NCBI GenBank assembly: GCA_030698565.1
Contig: JAUYJS010000005.1
Span: 154,497-218,496, forward strand
Length of the DNA: 64,000 nucleotides
Direction of reading: 5' to 3'
Source: Candidatus Shapirobacteria bacterium
Lineage (GTDB): Bacteria > Patescibacteriota > Microgenomatia > UBA12405
A program made the position numbers and the translations under genes. Each line of letters begins with the position of its first letter. Position 1 is the stretch's first letter. The notes under the pieces are model-generated. The model did not search any database. It had not been told where the DNA came from and worked only from the letters and a program-made list of their open reading frames with translations. Below are positions 1 through 10,181 of this stretch, one piece after another.

Positions 1-807
1 TGGTATTTATCATTCTTATATAAAAGACCAATAGAAGAGCAAATTGCTTGCCTGCTGCATGACTTGTCACACACTGCTTTTTCACATGTAATAGATTTTG
101 TGGTTAAAAACGAAAAATATGAATTTGCTGACAGTAAATTAAAAGAGATAATTAATAAATCAGATATTCCCCAAATAATTAAAAATGGTGGTTATAATTT
201 AGAAAAAATACTGGATAAAACAAATTTTCCTTTGCTTAATAATTATTTGCCCAATGTATCTGTGGATAGGTGGGACTATTTTATGAGAGATGGTTTTGCG
301 ATAGGTTTCTTGCCTAAGTCACTCATCGACACTTTTTTGAATGAAATATTTGAAAAAGAAGACGTTTTTTATTTTAAGGATATTAGACTCGCGTCAACTT
401 TTGCTATTTTATTTCTAAGTTTTTCCCGTTTGATTTGGTTAGATCCGACAGCGCATGGTGCATTTTTTTTGATGGCAGAAGCTATTAAAATCGCACTTGA
501 AGATAAATTAATTACGGAAGAAGATTTTTTTACTGATGATGAGGTTTTATTTGCCAAACTTAAATCTAGTCCGAATACTAAAATCCAACAATTATTAAAT
601 AGATTGTGTCCCGGAAATGAATTTATATATGAAGATGAAAGTAAAGCTGAATTTTTTGGACAAAACAAACCAAGATTTGTCGACCCGCTTGTTGAAAATT
701 ATGGAAAACTAATTAGAGTTTCAGAGTTGACACCCAGTTTGAAATATTATTTTGAGGAATTTAGCCAAAAATATAAAAAAACTGGAGTCTGCCAATTAAA
801 GAGGTAA
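1..807 (+). CDS. HD-domain phosphohydrolase (5' truncated by window)
   Basis: Frame open from base 1: ...EEQIACLLHDLSHTAFSHV... HD motif, later DRWDYFMRD typical of dNTPase-like HD proteins. Confidence 0.85.
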   Translation, partial: WYLSFLYKRPIEEQIACLLHDLSHTAFSHVIDFVVKNEKYEFADSKLKEIINKSDIPQIIKNGGYNLEKILDKTNFPLLNNYLPNVSVDRWDYFMRDGFAIGFLPKSLIDTFLNEIFEKEDVFYFKDIRLASTFAILFLSFSRLIWLDPTAHGAFFLMAEAIKIALEDKLITEEDFFTDDEVLFAKLKSSPNTKIQQLLNRLCPGNEFIYEDESKAEFFGQNKPRFVDPLVENYGKLIRVSELTPSLKYYFEEFSQKYKKTGVCQLKR

Positions 808-815
808 TATTAGAA

Positions 816-1076
816 GTGGAATTTACTGTTTATATTTTACGAACTTCGGCCAACACACTTTATATTGGCCAAACAAGTAATTTAGTTAGAAGACTAAAAG
901 AACACAACAGTAAAAATGGCCGAGGAGCAAAATATACCCGGTGTTTTGAGTCGTGTTCCTTGGTTTATTCTGAAATTTATCCAAGCAGATCCGAGGCTAT
1001 GAAAAGAGAATTTGAGTTGAAAAAATTAACGAGATTAAAAAAAGAAGAGTTGATAAAAACTAAGTCAAAAGATTAA
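816..1076 (+). CDS. GIY-YIG nuclease family protein (UPF0213/YhbQ-like)
   Basis: VYILR...LYIGQT..L.RRL.EHN...GAKYTR, EAMKRE motifs. Confidence 0.9.
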   Translation: MEFTVYILRTSANTLYIGQTSNLVRRLKEHNSKNGRGAKYTRCFESCSLVYSEIYPSRSEAMKREFELKKLTRLKKEELIKTKSKD

Positions 1077-2191
1077 TTAGGAAATTGCGAGTAATTGGGT
1101 GAAGAAGCTGGATTGTTTATAAAATTTTGAACTTCGGTCCAATTATTATCCCCTGCTTTAGGTAAAAGAACATACTGACCATCGGCGCTTTTACCTTGTT
1201 CCAAAACATTCTTATCGGTTAATGCAATTGATTCAATTTTATATTGACTTAATTCTGACGCGTTGTTTATAAATTCGTGCATTTTGTTGAAATCCATGTC
1301 GGTTTTAAGATTAGCCGATATGGTATTTATAAAAGGAATTATTTTGGGAATAAAATTTGAGTTAATGATTTTATTCTTGATACTAGTAATTACTAATTTC
1401 TGGCGCAAAGATCTTCCAAAATCACCATCGTCCTGAAGAGAGTGGCGGGAGCGAACAAATTTTAAGGCTGTCTGCCCATCCATGGTTTGTGAACCAGCAT
1501 CGAAATGTAAATGTTCGTAACGACAAGTGAAGGATTCCTCTAATTTGCTAGCAGAAATGGTGGCGGTCAAAGCTTTGATTTCTTCATCGGATTTGCCACA
1601 GGTATCTTTTTCTTTGTCCCCTATGGGATAGAGATAATCATCAAACGTGGTTTGAATAGGAACATTTATGCCGCCCAAAATATCGACTGTTTTAGTAAAA
1701 CCTTGAAAATCGAGAGCCGCAAAATAATCGATATTGAAACCGACAATCCGACCAACCACATATTTGGCCAATTCTCCCCCACCGGCTGCACCAGTAAATT
1801 CAACTTTTTTTTGAGGGTATCTTTTGTTGTCGTTGCCAATAGAATAGGCGGCGTTAACTTTGAAATTTTTATCTTCTGTAGCTGTAATTGGAATCGGAAC
1901 CCAAAGATCGCGAGGAACGGAAATTAGAGTAATTTTTTTATTTTTTGGTTCAACACGAGCAACTATTATGGAGTCGGTTAAATAAGTACCGTCGTGTGTG
2001 CCACCGCCATATCCCAAAAGGAGAATAGAATAAGGTCGTAATGGATCGAGAGTCGGAGTTGGCTGGATAGAGACGATGGGTTGATTTGGCTTAACAACAA
2101 TTTTTTTATAGTTTATATACCCATAGATACCAGCAAAAATGATTAGAGATATGTTAAACAAACTAACACCGATAAGAATTTTTTTTATCAC
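1073..2191 (-). CDS. LCP (LytR-CpsA-Psr) family glycopolymer transferase
   Basis: N-terminal TM; LTDSII, SVPRDLWV, KVNAAY, FVRSRH, DFGRSLRQ motifs. Confidence 0.92.
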   Translation of the reverse strand: MIKKILIGVSLFNISLIIFAGIYGYINYKKIVVKPNQPIVSIQPTPTLDPLRPYSILLLGYGGGTHDGTYLTDSIIVARVEPKNKKITLISVPRDLWVPIPITATEDKNFKVNAAYSIGNDNKRYPQKKVEFTGAAGGGELAKYVVGRIVGFNIDYFAALDFQGFTKTVDILGGINVPIQTTFDDYLYPIGDKEKDTCGKSDEEIKALTATISASKLEESFTCRYEHLHFDAGSQTMDGQTALKFVRSRHSLQDDGDFGRSLRQKLVITSIKNKIINSNFIPKIIPFINTISANLKTDMDFNKMHEFINNASELSQYKIESIALTDKNVLEQGKSADGQYVLLPKAGDNNWTEVQNFINNPASSPNYSQFPN

Positions 2192-2292
2192 GGTTAAATT
2201 TTATTATATCTCACTACTACTTCGTAGCGTTGGATTGTTGGAGTTTTGATGTTCCCCGCCTTAGAACAAATTTGGACGGAAGTTGTGGGGTT

Positions 2293-3555
2293 TTAGTTTA
2301 ATAACCATTCATATAAGGGTACAACTTCAATCTTTATCCCCTCTCTGTCTACTGTCTGTTTATCACTCTCAGTGATCAGGCGACTGCTAGTAACTCCTTT
2401 GTGTTCTTGGACAGCAGCGACGATAGCCCTTAGTTCCCTTTCCTGTGTTTCGGGGAGATCAAAGTATTGGGAGACTTGAATAAATGAGTTTATCTTAGGT
2501 AAAAAGAAATCAACTTCATAATTTTGAGCTGTTTTGTAATAATAAATATCTTGATATTCTCTTCTTAATTTTAAATAAACAACATTTTCCATTAATTTTC
2601 CTGAGTTCTCAGAAAAATTAAAACCGACTGATACGGCCAAACCAGTATCAATCCCATAAACCTTTTTAGCCGCAATTTGTTGTTCTTTGACCGAGTAAGC
2701 ATATTTATTAACCACAAAAAATAGCCAACTATTTTCTAGATAATCAATATAGCTTTTGATAGTATTAACACTCCCCAATTTAAGAAGTTCTTTAAGTTTA
2801 TTAAAAGAAATAAGAGTAGAGATATTACTGACCAAATAAAAAGTTAATTCTTTTAAACTTTTAACATTATCCAATTTGTAACGAGTGGCAATGTCACGAT
2901 ATAAAACATCATCGTAAAGTGTTTTGTGAATTTTTAATTCTGGATATTTAAGCGAATCCGGAATACCACCAGAGACTACATAATCTTTAGTTAACCCAAC
3001 CAGTTGTCCTTTTTCCTTAGTAGTTAATACTTTCAAATCAGGCACTTTGACATTTTTAAATAATAAAAACTCTTTAAATGAAAATGGGAATAGTTCTACC
3101 CGTAAGTAACGACCAGTCAATCTATTACCCAACTCTTGACTTAATAGAGAAGCATTAGAGCCAGTAACAATAAATTTATAGCCTTGGTCGTGAAGACGAC
3201 GAACAAACCGTTCCCATTCTGGGACGTTTTGGATTTCGTCAAATAGAAATGTATGTTTTTCCCCAAACAAACTGATTAAAGTTTCGTGAAGCAAATCAAA
3301 ATCTTTCACCTCAAAATTTAACAACCGTTCATCTTCAAAATTGACGAAGTAATAATCATCTTTGAGATATTTATTGGCTATTTGAGCCAATAAGGTAGAC
3401 TTCCCTACTCGACGTAAACCACTAATAACTGTAATTTGAGGCGCACTAATAATTTGACCCAACTTATCTAAAATTTCTCTTTTTACACCCAAATCACGAC
3501 CAATAAACGATTGTTGTTGTTCTTTTAAAGCTGAAGCCAAAATATCTCTATTCAT
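2293..3555 (-). CDS. AAA_14 ATPase with C-terminal DUF4143/PD-(D/E)xK-like domain
   Basis: GLRRVGKST Walker A, FDEIQ Walker B, TGSNA, KVYGIDTG, ENVVY, EVDF motifs. Confidence 0.9.
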   Translation of the reverse strand: MNRDILASALKEQQQSFIGRDLGVKREILDKLGQIISAPQITVISGLRRVGKSTLLAQIANKYLKDDYYFVNFEDERLLNFEVKDFDLLHETLISLFGEKHTFLFDEIQNVPEWERFVRRLHDQGYKFIVTGSNASLLSQELGNRLTGRYLRVELFPFSFKEFLLFKNVKVPDLKVLTTKEKGQLVGLTKDYVVSGGIPDSLKYPELKIHKTLYDDVLYRDIATRYKLDNVKSLKELTFYLVSNISTLISFNKLKELLKLGSVNTIKSYIDYLENSWLFFVVNKYAYSVKEQQIAAKKVYGIDTGLAVSVGFNFSENSGKLMENVVYLKLRREYQDIYYYKTAQNYEVDFFLPKINSFIQVSQYFDLPETQERELRAIVAAVQEHKGVTSSRLITESDKQTVDREGIKIEVVPLYEWLLN

Positions 3556-3561
3556 AATTCA

Positions 3562-3602
3562 ACTATAATACATATTGTTTTCACTGTCAATGAAAACAAT
3601 AT
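3562..3602 (-). promoter_or_regulatory. sigma70 promoter (TTGACA-N17-TATAGT) with a 12-bp inverted repeat flanking the -35 box
   Basis: ATATTGTTTTCA-ctgtcaa-TGAAAACAATAT at 3572-3602; the spacer reads TTGACAG on the minus strand; -10 lies 6 nt before the ATG at 3555. Confidence 0.75.
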
Positions 3603-3734
3603 CAGGTTTGTTTTCAACCTAAAATATATTTCATCCACTTAGGCTCCACGCCTTAGAGTCCCTACTATTTATAGTCTGCAATCTTCATTTACGGTGTGTG
3701 TGTGTTATTTTATTTGATGGTATGATTTACTTAA

Positions 3735-3971
3735 ATGAAAAAACTTAACGAAATAAAAATAACTGCAAAGCAATTTTTAATTATTTCGGTCATTAGTTTT
3801 CTCCTTTCATTTATTGCCTTTGAGGGACCGCTCTTCTTAATATCAATATTATCGCTTGGAATATCAATTTATACTCTTGGTGTTAATAAAAACAATATTA
3901 TAATCAAAATAATTGGCGGACTAATCATCGCCTGGATTCTTTATATTTTCTTGTTTAGTAAACCGGTTTAG
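3735..3971 (+). CDS. small membrane protein, hypothetical
   Basis: 78-aa ORF with ~3 hydrophobic segments; TATGAT just upstream. Confidence 0.65.
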   Translation: MKKLNEIKITAKQFLIISVISFLLSFIAFEGPLFLISILSLGISIYTLGVNKNNIIIKIIGGLIIAWILYIFLFSKPV

Positions 3972-4019
3972 ATTCAATTTGAGGAATATTATCTTATTTA
4001 TTTTAATTGGAAAGACAAA

Positions 4020-4847
4020 TTAATCGGTCCACTCTTTTATGGCTCTTTCGTAATTTTCTGGTGTTGAAATCTCGAACCAACTACCGTCATATGAAAAACC
4101 GCACATTTTTTCTTCTTGGGCTAATTTAGTAAAAACTTCATCTATTGTTACTAGGCCATGAGAAGGAATATAACGTAAAATCTCAGGACTAAAAAGATAG
4201 ACTCCGGCGTTAATTAATTGAGTTGGTTTAGAGTGATCGTGTTCTATAAATTTAACGATTTTTTCGCCTCTTAATTGGACGGTGCCGTATCCTTTGGTAT
4301 TGGCTGAATTTGATAGGGCAATTTGAGCCACATATTTTTCTGGCTGATAGTAGCTAATAAATTCCATTAAATCAATTTTGGTTAGTACATCGCCATTGAC
4401 TACTAAAAATGGTTTATCTTGAAGTAAAGTAGAAGCGTTACGAATGGCACCGGCACTACCAAGTGGTTTTGATTCATGACTATAGGAAATTTTTACACCA
4501 TATTTTTGACCGTTGCCCACATATTCTTTGATTTTATCTCCAAGATGACCAGTGGCAATAATTATTTCTTTAATGCCAACTTCCCGAAGCATAGGGATAA
4601 TATAATCAATCAACGGACGGCCGTGAACTGGGATCAAAGGCTTTGGAACCTCGTAAGTTAGCGGCCTCATTTTTACTCCACTACCGCCAGCTAAGATTAT
4701 GGCTTGACCTACTTTGGGAACAAGAACTTGGGACAAAAAATATTCGATAGCATGGGAGCGATTGCGAAGATTAAAACCGTCTATCGCTGCATCAAGGGAT
4801 TTGATAATATCGTTTTTAATGGTAATAGTTAGTCGTTGCCTGTCCAT
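4020..4847 (-). CDS. ribbon-helix-helix domain fused to NDP-sugar nucleotidyltransferase
   Basis: N-term RQRLTITI...NRSHAIE (CopG/RHH-like), then ILAGGSGVKMRPLT..PKPLIPV, NGDV, INAGVY. Confidence 0.85.
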   Translation of the reverse strand: MDRQRLTITIKNDIIKSLDAAIDGFNLRNRSHAIEYFLSQVLVPKVGQAIILAGGSGVKMRPLTYEVPKPLIPVHGRPLIDYIIPMLREVGIKEIIIATGHLGDKIKEYVGNGQKYGVKISYSHESKPLGSAGAIRNASTLLQDKPFLVVNGDVLTKIDLMEFISYYQPEKYVAQIALSNSANTKGYGTVQLRGEKIVKFIEHDHSKPTQLINAGVYLFSPEILRYIPSHGLVTIDEVFTKLAQEEKMCGFSYDGSWFEISTPENYERAIKEWTD

Positions 4848-4927
4848 AAGTTAATATATTATACAACGAAGTAATCCAGCTATTATTTACGGTTGCTTAA
4901 TAGATATAAAATAGATATAAATGAGCT

Positions 4928-6331
4928 ATGAATAAAAAAACTAAAATTGTCGCTACTATTGGACCCGCCTCGGAAAACGGGGAGGTAATTGAAAAATTAA
5001 TTTTGGCTGGTGTGAATTTGTTTAGGTTTAATTTAAAACACAATGATTTTGATTGGCATCAAAATACTATAAAAAAAGTTAGGGAAATAGCTAGAAAACT
5101 GGATTACAATATTGGTACGATTGCTGATTTACAAGGTCCAGAAGTTAGAATAGAAACTTTTGAGGGCAAGGAAGTTGAAATTAAAGAGGATGAAAGTCTT
5201 TTTATTGGACCGACTACTAACAGTAATAAGACCATTACTCTTAATCCAAAAGAAGTAATTTCTAGTTTAGAAGTTGGCGATACGGCTTTTATAGATGACG
5301 GGGATTTGGAATTACAAATAATAGGTAGCAAAAATGGAGTCGTGGAGGCAAAAGTTGAGATAGATTACATAATTAAAAATAGAAAAAGTTTAAATATACT
5401 AAAGAAAACAATTGATTTACCTCTTTTGTCGGAACGTGATCTTGTAGCTTTGGAAATGATCCCTAAAATTGACCCAGATTATATTGCTTTATCGTTTGTT
5501 AGAACTAAAGAAGATATCGAAACTCTAAGATCAAAATTAAAAGAAATTGGAGCAACTTCTAAAATAATAGCTAAAATTGAAAATTCATCGGCTATCAATA
5601 ACCTTGAAGAAATAATTAAGGTTACTGATGCTGTAATGGTAGCTCGAGGAGATTTGGGAGTAGAAGTGGCAATGGGAGAATTGGCTTTTTGGCAAAAAAG
5701 AATAATTGATTTAAGTAGAAAATATAATAAGCCAGTAATTGTTGCTACACAAATGATGCAATCGATGGTCCATAATTATCATCCAACTAGGGCTGAAGCG
5801 ACTGATGTAGCCAATGCTATTTTTGATGGTACAGATGCTTTGATGTTGTCAGAAGAAACTGCCACTGGGGATCATCCATTTAAGGTAATTAAAGAAATGA
5901 ATAAGATTGCAGAATTTTGTGAAAAAAATGGTGTGGCAAAATCAATTGAACTTAAATTAGACAGTACGACGGAAGTTTTGGTGAGGGCTGCGGCTAATAT
6001 TATAAAAAACTCAGGTCAATTTCCGATAAAAGCCATAATCGTCTTCACTGAATCGGGGAATACAGCAAGAATTTTATCTAAATATAGATTTAAAATTCCT
6101 ATTGTTGCTGTTACAAACAATTCTGATACGGTTAGATCATTGGCACTTTCTTATGGAGTAATGCCGTTAATACAGGAATTTCCAGAAAATCAATTTAGAA
6201 TGGAAGATCCAATTTTCAAAAAACTTATAAACTTTGAGTTTATTGAAAAAGACGATAATGTTTTGGTGATTCACGGCAATAACTGGATGACAGCGGGCCA
6301 AACCAGTGATATTAGCTTGATTAAGGTCTAA
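4928..6331 (+). CDS. pyk: pyruvate kinase
   Basis: KTKIVATIGPAS, DLQGPE, IIAKIE, MVARGDLGVE, ATQMM.SM, PTRAE.TDVANA. Confidence 0.97.
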   Translation: MNKKTKIVATIGPASENGEVIEKLILAGVNLFRFNLKHNDFDWHQNTIKKVREIARKLDYNIGTIADLQGPEVRIETFEGKEVEIKEDESLFIGPTTNSNKTITLNPKEVISSLEVGDTAFIDDGDLELQIIGSKNGVVEAKVEIDYIIKNRKSLNILKKTIDLPLLSERDLVALEMIPKIDPDYIALSFVRTKEDIETLRSKLKEIGATSKIIAKIENSSAINNLEEIIKVTDAVMVARGDLGVEVAMGELAFWQKRIIDLSRKYNKPVIVATQMMQSMVHNYHPTRAEATDVANAIFDGTDALMLSEETATGDHPFKVIKEMNKIAEFCEKNGVAKSIELKLDSTTEVLVRAAANIIKNSGQFPIKAIIVFTESGNTARILSKYRFKIPIVAVTNNSDTVRSLALSYGVMPLIQEFPENQFRMEDPIFKKLINFEFIEKDDNVLVIHGNNWMTAGQTSDISLIKV

Positions 6332-6335
6332 TTTT

Positions 6336-7070
6336 TTATTTTTGCAATTCTTTTAACGATTCTTGGTGTTTTTGAGCCATAATATTTTGGACTCTTAAAA
6401 GAGAATCGAATGTACCGGCGTCTTCCCATAAACCCTTAAAAATATTTACAGTTAGCTCACCATTTTTTAGATAAATATTATTAAGGTCAGTAATTTCAAT
6501 TTCACCTCGAGCAGATGGCTGCAAATTTTCAGCGTATTTAACAACACGATTATCATAAGTATATAAACCGACGACAGCATAATTACTTTTGGGAATTTTT
6601 GGTTTTTCTTCGATTGAAAGCGCTGTCATATTTTGGTCAAATTCAACGACACCAAAACGCTCAGGGTCGGTTACTTGTTTGGCATAAACTGTGGCTCCGC
6701 CTTTGAATGAACTCACTTTTTTGGAGAAATCTTCATCAAAAATATTGTCACCTAAAATCATGGTGACGTCGTCGTTGCCGATAAAATTTTTACCAATACG
6801 AAAAGCGTCGGCCAAACCTTTTGGTTCTTCTTGTATCTCGTAAGTAAACCTGGCACCAAATTCTACACCAGAACCGAGGAGATTTAAAAATTGTCCAGCA
6901 TAATCAGGGGCAATAATTATTAAAATGTCAGTAATTCCAGCTTTAATCAAAGTATCTATTGGGTAATAGATCATCGGTTTGTTGTAAACCGGTAAAAGTT
7001 GCTTGGATGTGATCTTAGTTAATGGTCGTAAACGGGTCGCCCTACCGCCTGCAAGAATAATTCCTTTCAT
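6336..7070 (-). CDS. rmlA: glucose-1-phosphate thymidylyltransferase (RmlA/SpsI-like)
   Basis: MKGIILAGG.ATRL.PLT...SKQLLPVYNKPMIYYP, EEKP, SARGEIEITD, W.DAGT. Confidence 0.9.
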   Translation of the reverse strand: MKGIILAGGRATRLRPLTKITSKQLLPVYNKPMIYYPIDTLIKAGITDILIIIAPDYAGQFLNLLGSGVEFGARFTYEIQEEPKGLADAFRIGKNFIGNDDVTMILGDNIFDEDFSKKVSSFKGGATVYAKQVTDPERFGVVEFDQNMTALSIEEKPKIPKSNYAVVGLYTYDNRVVKYAENLQPSARGEIEITDLNNIYLKNGELTVNIFKGLWEDAGTFDSLLRVQNIMAQKHQESLKELQK

Positions 7071-7125
7071 TGTTTATTTAAATTCTAATATCAGCATTGT
7101 ACTACAATTACTGGTCGATTCAAAT

Positions 7126-8343
7126 TTATTTTTTTTTCCAAATAACTTTATTATAAATAAACCAATTTAATGGAATAGTGATTGTAAAAATAGCTATAAC
7201 TTGATAAAGAAAAAGCCTGTCCCCAAAGAGATAAGTCAACGTAGCCACAACGACTGAAGGAAATAAAATACCTGAAATAACAGAGGATAAATTAAAAGTT
7301 AAAAATTTAGTTACAAACTTCAACATGTTCGTTATCTTTTCTTTGGAAAATGTCCATGTATTATTAAAAATAAAATTTGAAATAATTGCTATTTCGGCTG
7401 CCATAGCATTGGCCAAACCATTTAATAGACTAAGATTGGATTCGGGTGTTATTAAAATTGATTTAAAAAATCTAGCACCTGCAGTGTTTATTATAAAACC
7501 AACCCCGCCAACAATTCCAAATTTTAAAAATTTTCTAGTTTGTTCATCATGTAAACGCAATAAAAAAGCAACCCTAAAAATATCTTTGGCAGTATTCGTC
7601 TCAATTTTTGATTCGCCCGCATTGCGTACATGGAAATTAAGAGGAATTTCCTTGTATTTAGCCCCCAATCTTAGAGTTTCAAAAAGTAATTGAAGTTTAT
7701 ATCCAAAACTTTTAGTATATAAATGATCAAAATCCATGTCTAATTTGTCAGCAAAACCGTTGACCCTAGTAACCTTGAGACCCGTAGTGGGATCGGTAAC
7801 CCGCCAAAAATTTTTAAAGGGAAAAAACATGATAAATCGAGCAACTAGACCGCCAATTTCACTGTAGAAAAGTCTTTTAAATCCCCAGCCTTTTGGATTC
7901 GAACCACCTTTAATTTTCCTCGAACCAATGACGTAGTCATAGCCATTTTCAACCTCTCTAAGCATTAGTGGAATTGTTTCTGGCGGGTGTTGGAAGTCAC
8001 CATCAAATTCAAAAATAAAATCGGCTTTTAAGTTGTCCATGGCATACTTAAAACCCTTGAGATAGGCAGCTCCAATTCCATCTTTACTCGTCTCGGAATA
8101 TAAAAAAACATTTGAATATTTTTTGGATTTTTCTTCAACTACTTTTCCAGTTCCATCAGGAGAGTTGCCATCAACGACTAAAATTTTCATATCCCAATTT
8201 CTAATAAGTCCGCTTGTTTTATTTTTAATATCCAAAAAGGTTTTGTCGTTTAAAAAATCGATCATTTCACCAATATTGTCGGCTTCGTTGTAAGTAGGAA
8301 TGACTATAACAGCTATTGGATTCGACTTATTATTTACTTTCAT
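7126..8343 (-). CDS. GT2 polyprenol-phosphate glycosyltransferase fused to GtrA flippase-like domain
   Basis: IPTYNE, VVDGNSPDGTG, FDGDFQH; C-terminal FLKFGIVG...SNFIFNN.WTF GtrA pattern. Confidence 0.9.
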   Translation of the reverse strand: MKVNNKSNPIAVIVIPTYNEADNIGEMIDFLNDKTFLDIKNKTSGLIRNWDMKILVVDGNSPDGTGKVVEEKSKKYSNVFLYSETSKDGIGAAYLKGFKYAMDNLKADFIFEFDGDFQHPPETIPLMLREVENGYDYVIGSRKIKGGSNPKGWGFKRLFYSEIGGLVARFIMFFPFKNFWRVTDPTTGLKVTRVNGFADKLDMDFDHLYTKSFGYKLQLLFETLRLGAKYKEIPLNFHVRNAGESKIETNTAKDIFRVAFLLRLHDEQTRKFLKFGIVGGVGFIINTAGARFFKSILITPESNLSLLNGLANAMAAEIAIISNFIFNNTWTFSKEKITNMLKFVTKFLTFNLSSVISGILFPSVVVATLTYLFGDRLFLYQVIAIFTITIPLNWFIYNKVIWKKK

Positions 8344-8382
8344 AAATTGAGTATAACAGAGATTTTATTGTTAAAATAAGGC

Positions 8383-9069
8383 ATGAAAATAGACATTATT
8401 ACTCTTTTTCCACAAATGTTTGAGTCGCCATTCTCAGCAAGCATACTTAAGAGGGCGATCAATAAGGGGTTAATAAATATTGAAATGCATAACCTAAGAA
8501 ATTGGGCATTGGATAAGTATGGTTCAATAGATAATAGGCCCTTTGGCGGTGATATTGGTATGTTGATGCGTCCTGAGCCGGTGTACCAGGCATTGGAGTA
8601 TGTTAAGGGACAGAAAGGGTTTAATAATAAATCAAAAAAAATTATTTTAATGTCAGCTTCGGGTAAAAAATTTACTCAGAGTATGGCAGAAAAACTTAGT
8701 AAACTAGACAACTTAGTGGTAATTGCTGGGCATTATGAAGGGTTTGATCAAAGGATTGTAGATAATATGGTAGACGAAGAAATCTCTATTGGTGACTTTG
8801 TTTTGACCGGAGGTGAGTTGCCTGCCATGGTAATTGTAGATGCTGTTTGTAGATTAATTCCTGGAGTATTGGGAAAAGATGAATCAAATAAAAATGAAAG
8901 CTTTTCTGAAATTGAAATCGATGGTAAAAAAATAAGAGCTCCTGAATACCCCCAATACACACGCCCAAGAGAATTTATGGGACATAAGGTTCCCGATGTA
9001 TTACTTTCGGGAAATCCTAAAAAAATTAAAGAATGGCAGATTGAACAGATTAAAAAGCGATTAAAATAA
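8383..9069 (+). CDS. trmD: tRNA (guanine37-N1)-methyltransferase
   Basis: ITLFP, RPFGG, GHYEGFDQR, SIGDFVLTGGE, YPQYTRP, VPDVLLSG. Confidence 0.97.
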   Translation: MKIDIITLFPQMFESPFSASILKRAINKGLINIEMHNLRNWALDKYGSIDNRPFGGDIGMLMRPEPVYQALEYVKGQKGFNNKSKKIILMSASGKKFTQSMAEKLSKLDNLVVIAGHYEGFDQRIVDNMVDEEISIGDFVLTGGELPAMVIVDAVCRLIPGVLGKDESNKNESFSEIEIDGKKIRAPEYPQYTRPREFMGHKVPDVLLSGNPKKIKEWQIEQIKKRLK

Positions 9070-9301
9070 CGGCCAACAAAGCAAACAAAAAATATTCGAT
9101 AATAATAGAGAGGTGCAAATCCCCTTTTTTGTAATGATGAAATAGACTCCAAAAAAAATAGGATGAAACTACCCCGTAAATTACACGGTGTCGCAATAAT
9201 TCATTGTAACGAAATTGGAAAAAAAGTATGGCGCCGACGAAAAGAATTATAAATAATATAAAATGTTCACCTGGTTTTTCTTTAATTTCTTTAATGATCA
9301 T
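9050..9301 (-). CDS. small membrane protein, hypothetical
   Basis: 3 hydrophobic segments; 2 nt downstream of the CAP gene stop. Confidence 0.7.
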   Translation of the reverse strand: MIIKEIKEKPGEHFILFIILFVGAILFFQFRYNELLRHRVIYGVVSSYFFWSLFHHYKKGDLHLSIIIEYFLFALLAVILIAF

Positions 9302-9303
9302 TT

Positions 9304-10167
9304 TTAGAAAATTTTGCCTTGTTGGCTATATATTAAAAATATAAATATAATTAAAAGAAAACCTAAATGGCCAGCTGAGGAACCAGATATTCGATGCGTA
9401 CCATTTCTTAAAGTTATATAAGCATCGACTAAAAGAGCAAAGATTAAAATTAAAAACATGAGAGATCCGAGGAGTTTGCTGATAAATAACGGACTAATTG
9501 CTAATCGAGTGGATGTTTGGGCTAAAACTTGTGATTCATTACTTAAACCAAAAGGATGAGAGTTTAATTCGATTTCTTCCGTGGTATTGTTGGCAATAAT
9601 TCCGTCAACTGGAGTACCAAAATGTTGAGCCACCAATGTTGTTTTGATACCACTTATGACTCCGTCGGCCACGCCGATACCGATTTCTTTATATTTAGGG
9701 TTGACGATATTTTCTTTGTGTGTTGGCGATTGCATCCAAGCAGTCATCATGGATTCGGTATCATAATAATCTTTGGCGAGGTTTTCCCCTGCGACCGTAT
9801 ATTCATAATTTTGAGACTTAAAAAAATCCCAAGGAGTTTTGCCTTCTGGTGAAGTGTGGGCCCAATAATTATGAGTAAACATATCTTGAGTCTTATTTTT
9901 AGCGGAATTTGCTAATAAAGACCTAAAGTGTAGTGGTGGTAATCCATTTTTTTGCCTTTCTAAATTAGTTGAATAAAATACTTTAGCTGCGGTAATTTCG
10001 GATGAATAACCTAGAACACCAGGCTTAACTATAGTAAAAGATTTAATAAGTGTTTGATTGAAAAGATAGAAAATAATCAAAAAACTTAAAAAATGCGGAC
10101 GCAAGATACTGGCGCGATGGCTATTTCTTTCCTGGGGTACAAATAAACTTGATAGCAAGTGCTTCAC
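9304..10167 (-). CDS. CAP/SCP domain membrane protein
   Basis: TNLER..NGL..L, YWAHTSP, AGENLA, WMQSPTHKENI, EIGIG; N- and C-terminal TMs. Confidence 0.9.
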   Translation of the reverse strand: MKHLLSSLFVPQERNSHRASILRPHFLSFLIIFYLFNQTLIKSFTIVKPGVLGYSSEITAAKVFYSTNLERQKNGLPPLHFRSLLANSAKNKTQDMFTHNYWAHTSPEGKTPWDFFKSQNYEYTVAGENLAKDYYDTESMMTAWMQSPTHKENIVNPKYKEIGIGVADGVISGIKTTLVAQHFGTPVDGIIANNTTEEIELNSHPFGLSNESQVLAQTSTRLAISPLFISKLLGSLMFLILIFALLVDAYITLRNGTHRISGSSAGHLGFLLIIFIFLIYSQQGKIF

Positions 10168-10181
10168 AAATTTAGTATAGA

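Noticed and set aside
2192-2292. Possible integron attC after the AAA gene (CCCACAAC on the minus strand)
   Set aside because: No matching GTTRRRY core or paired L/R boxes, and no integron integrase in the window
3694-3704. (TG)n microsatellite
   Set aside because: Too short to argue for phase variation
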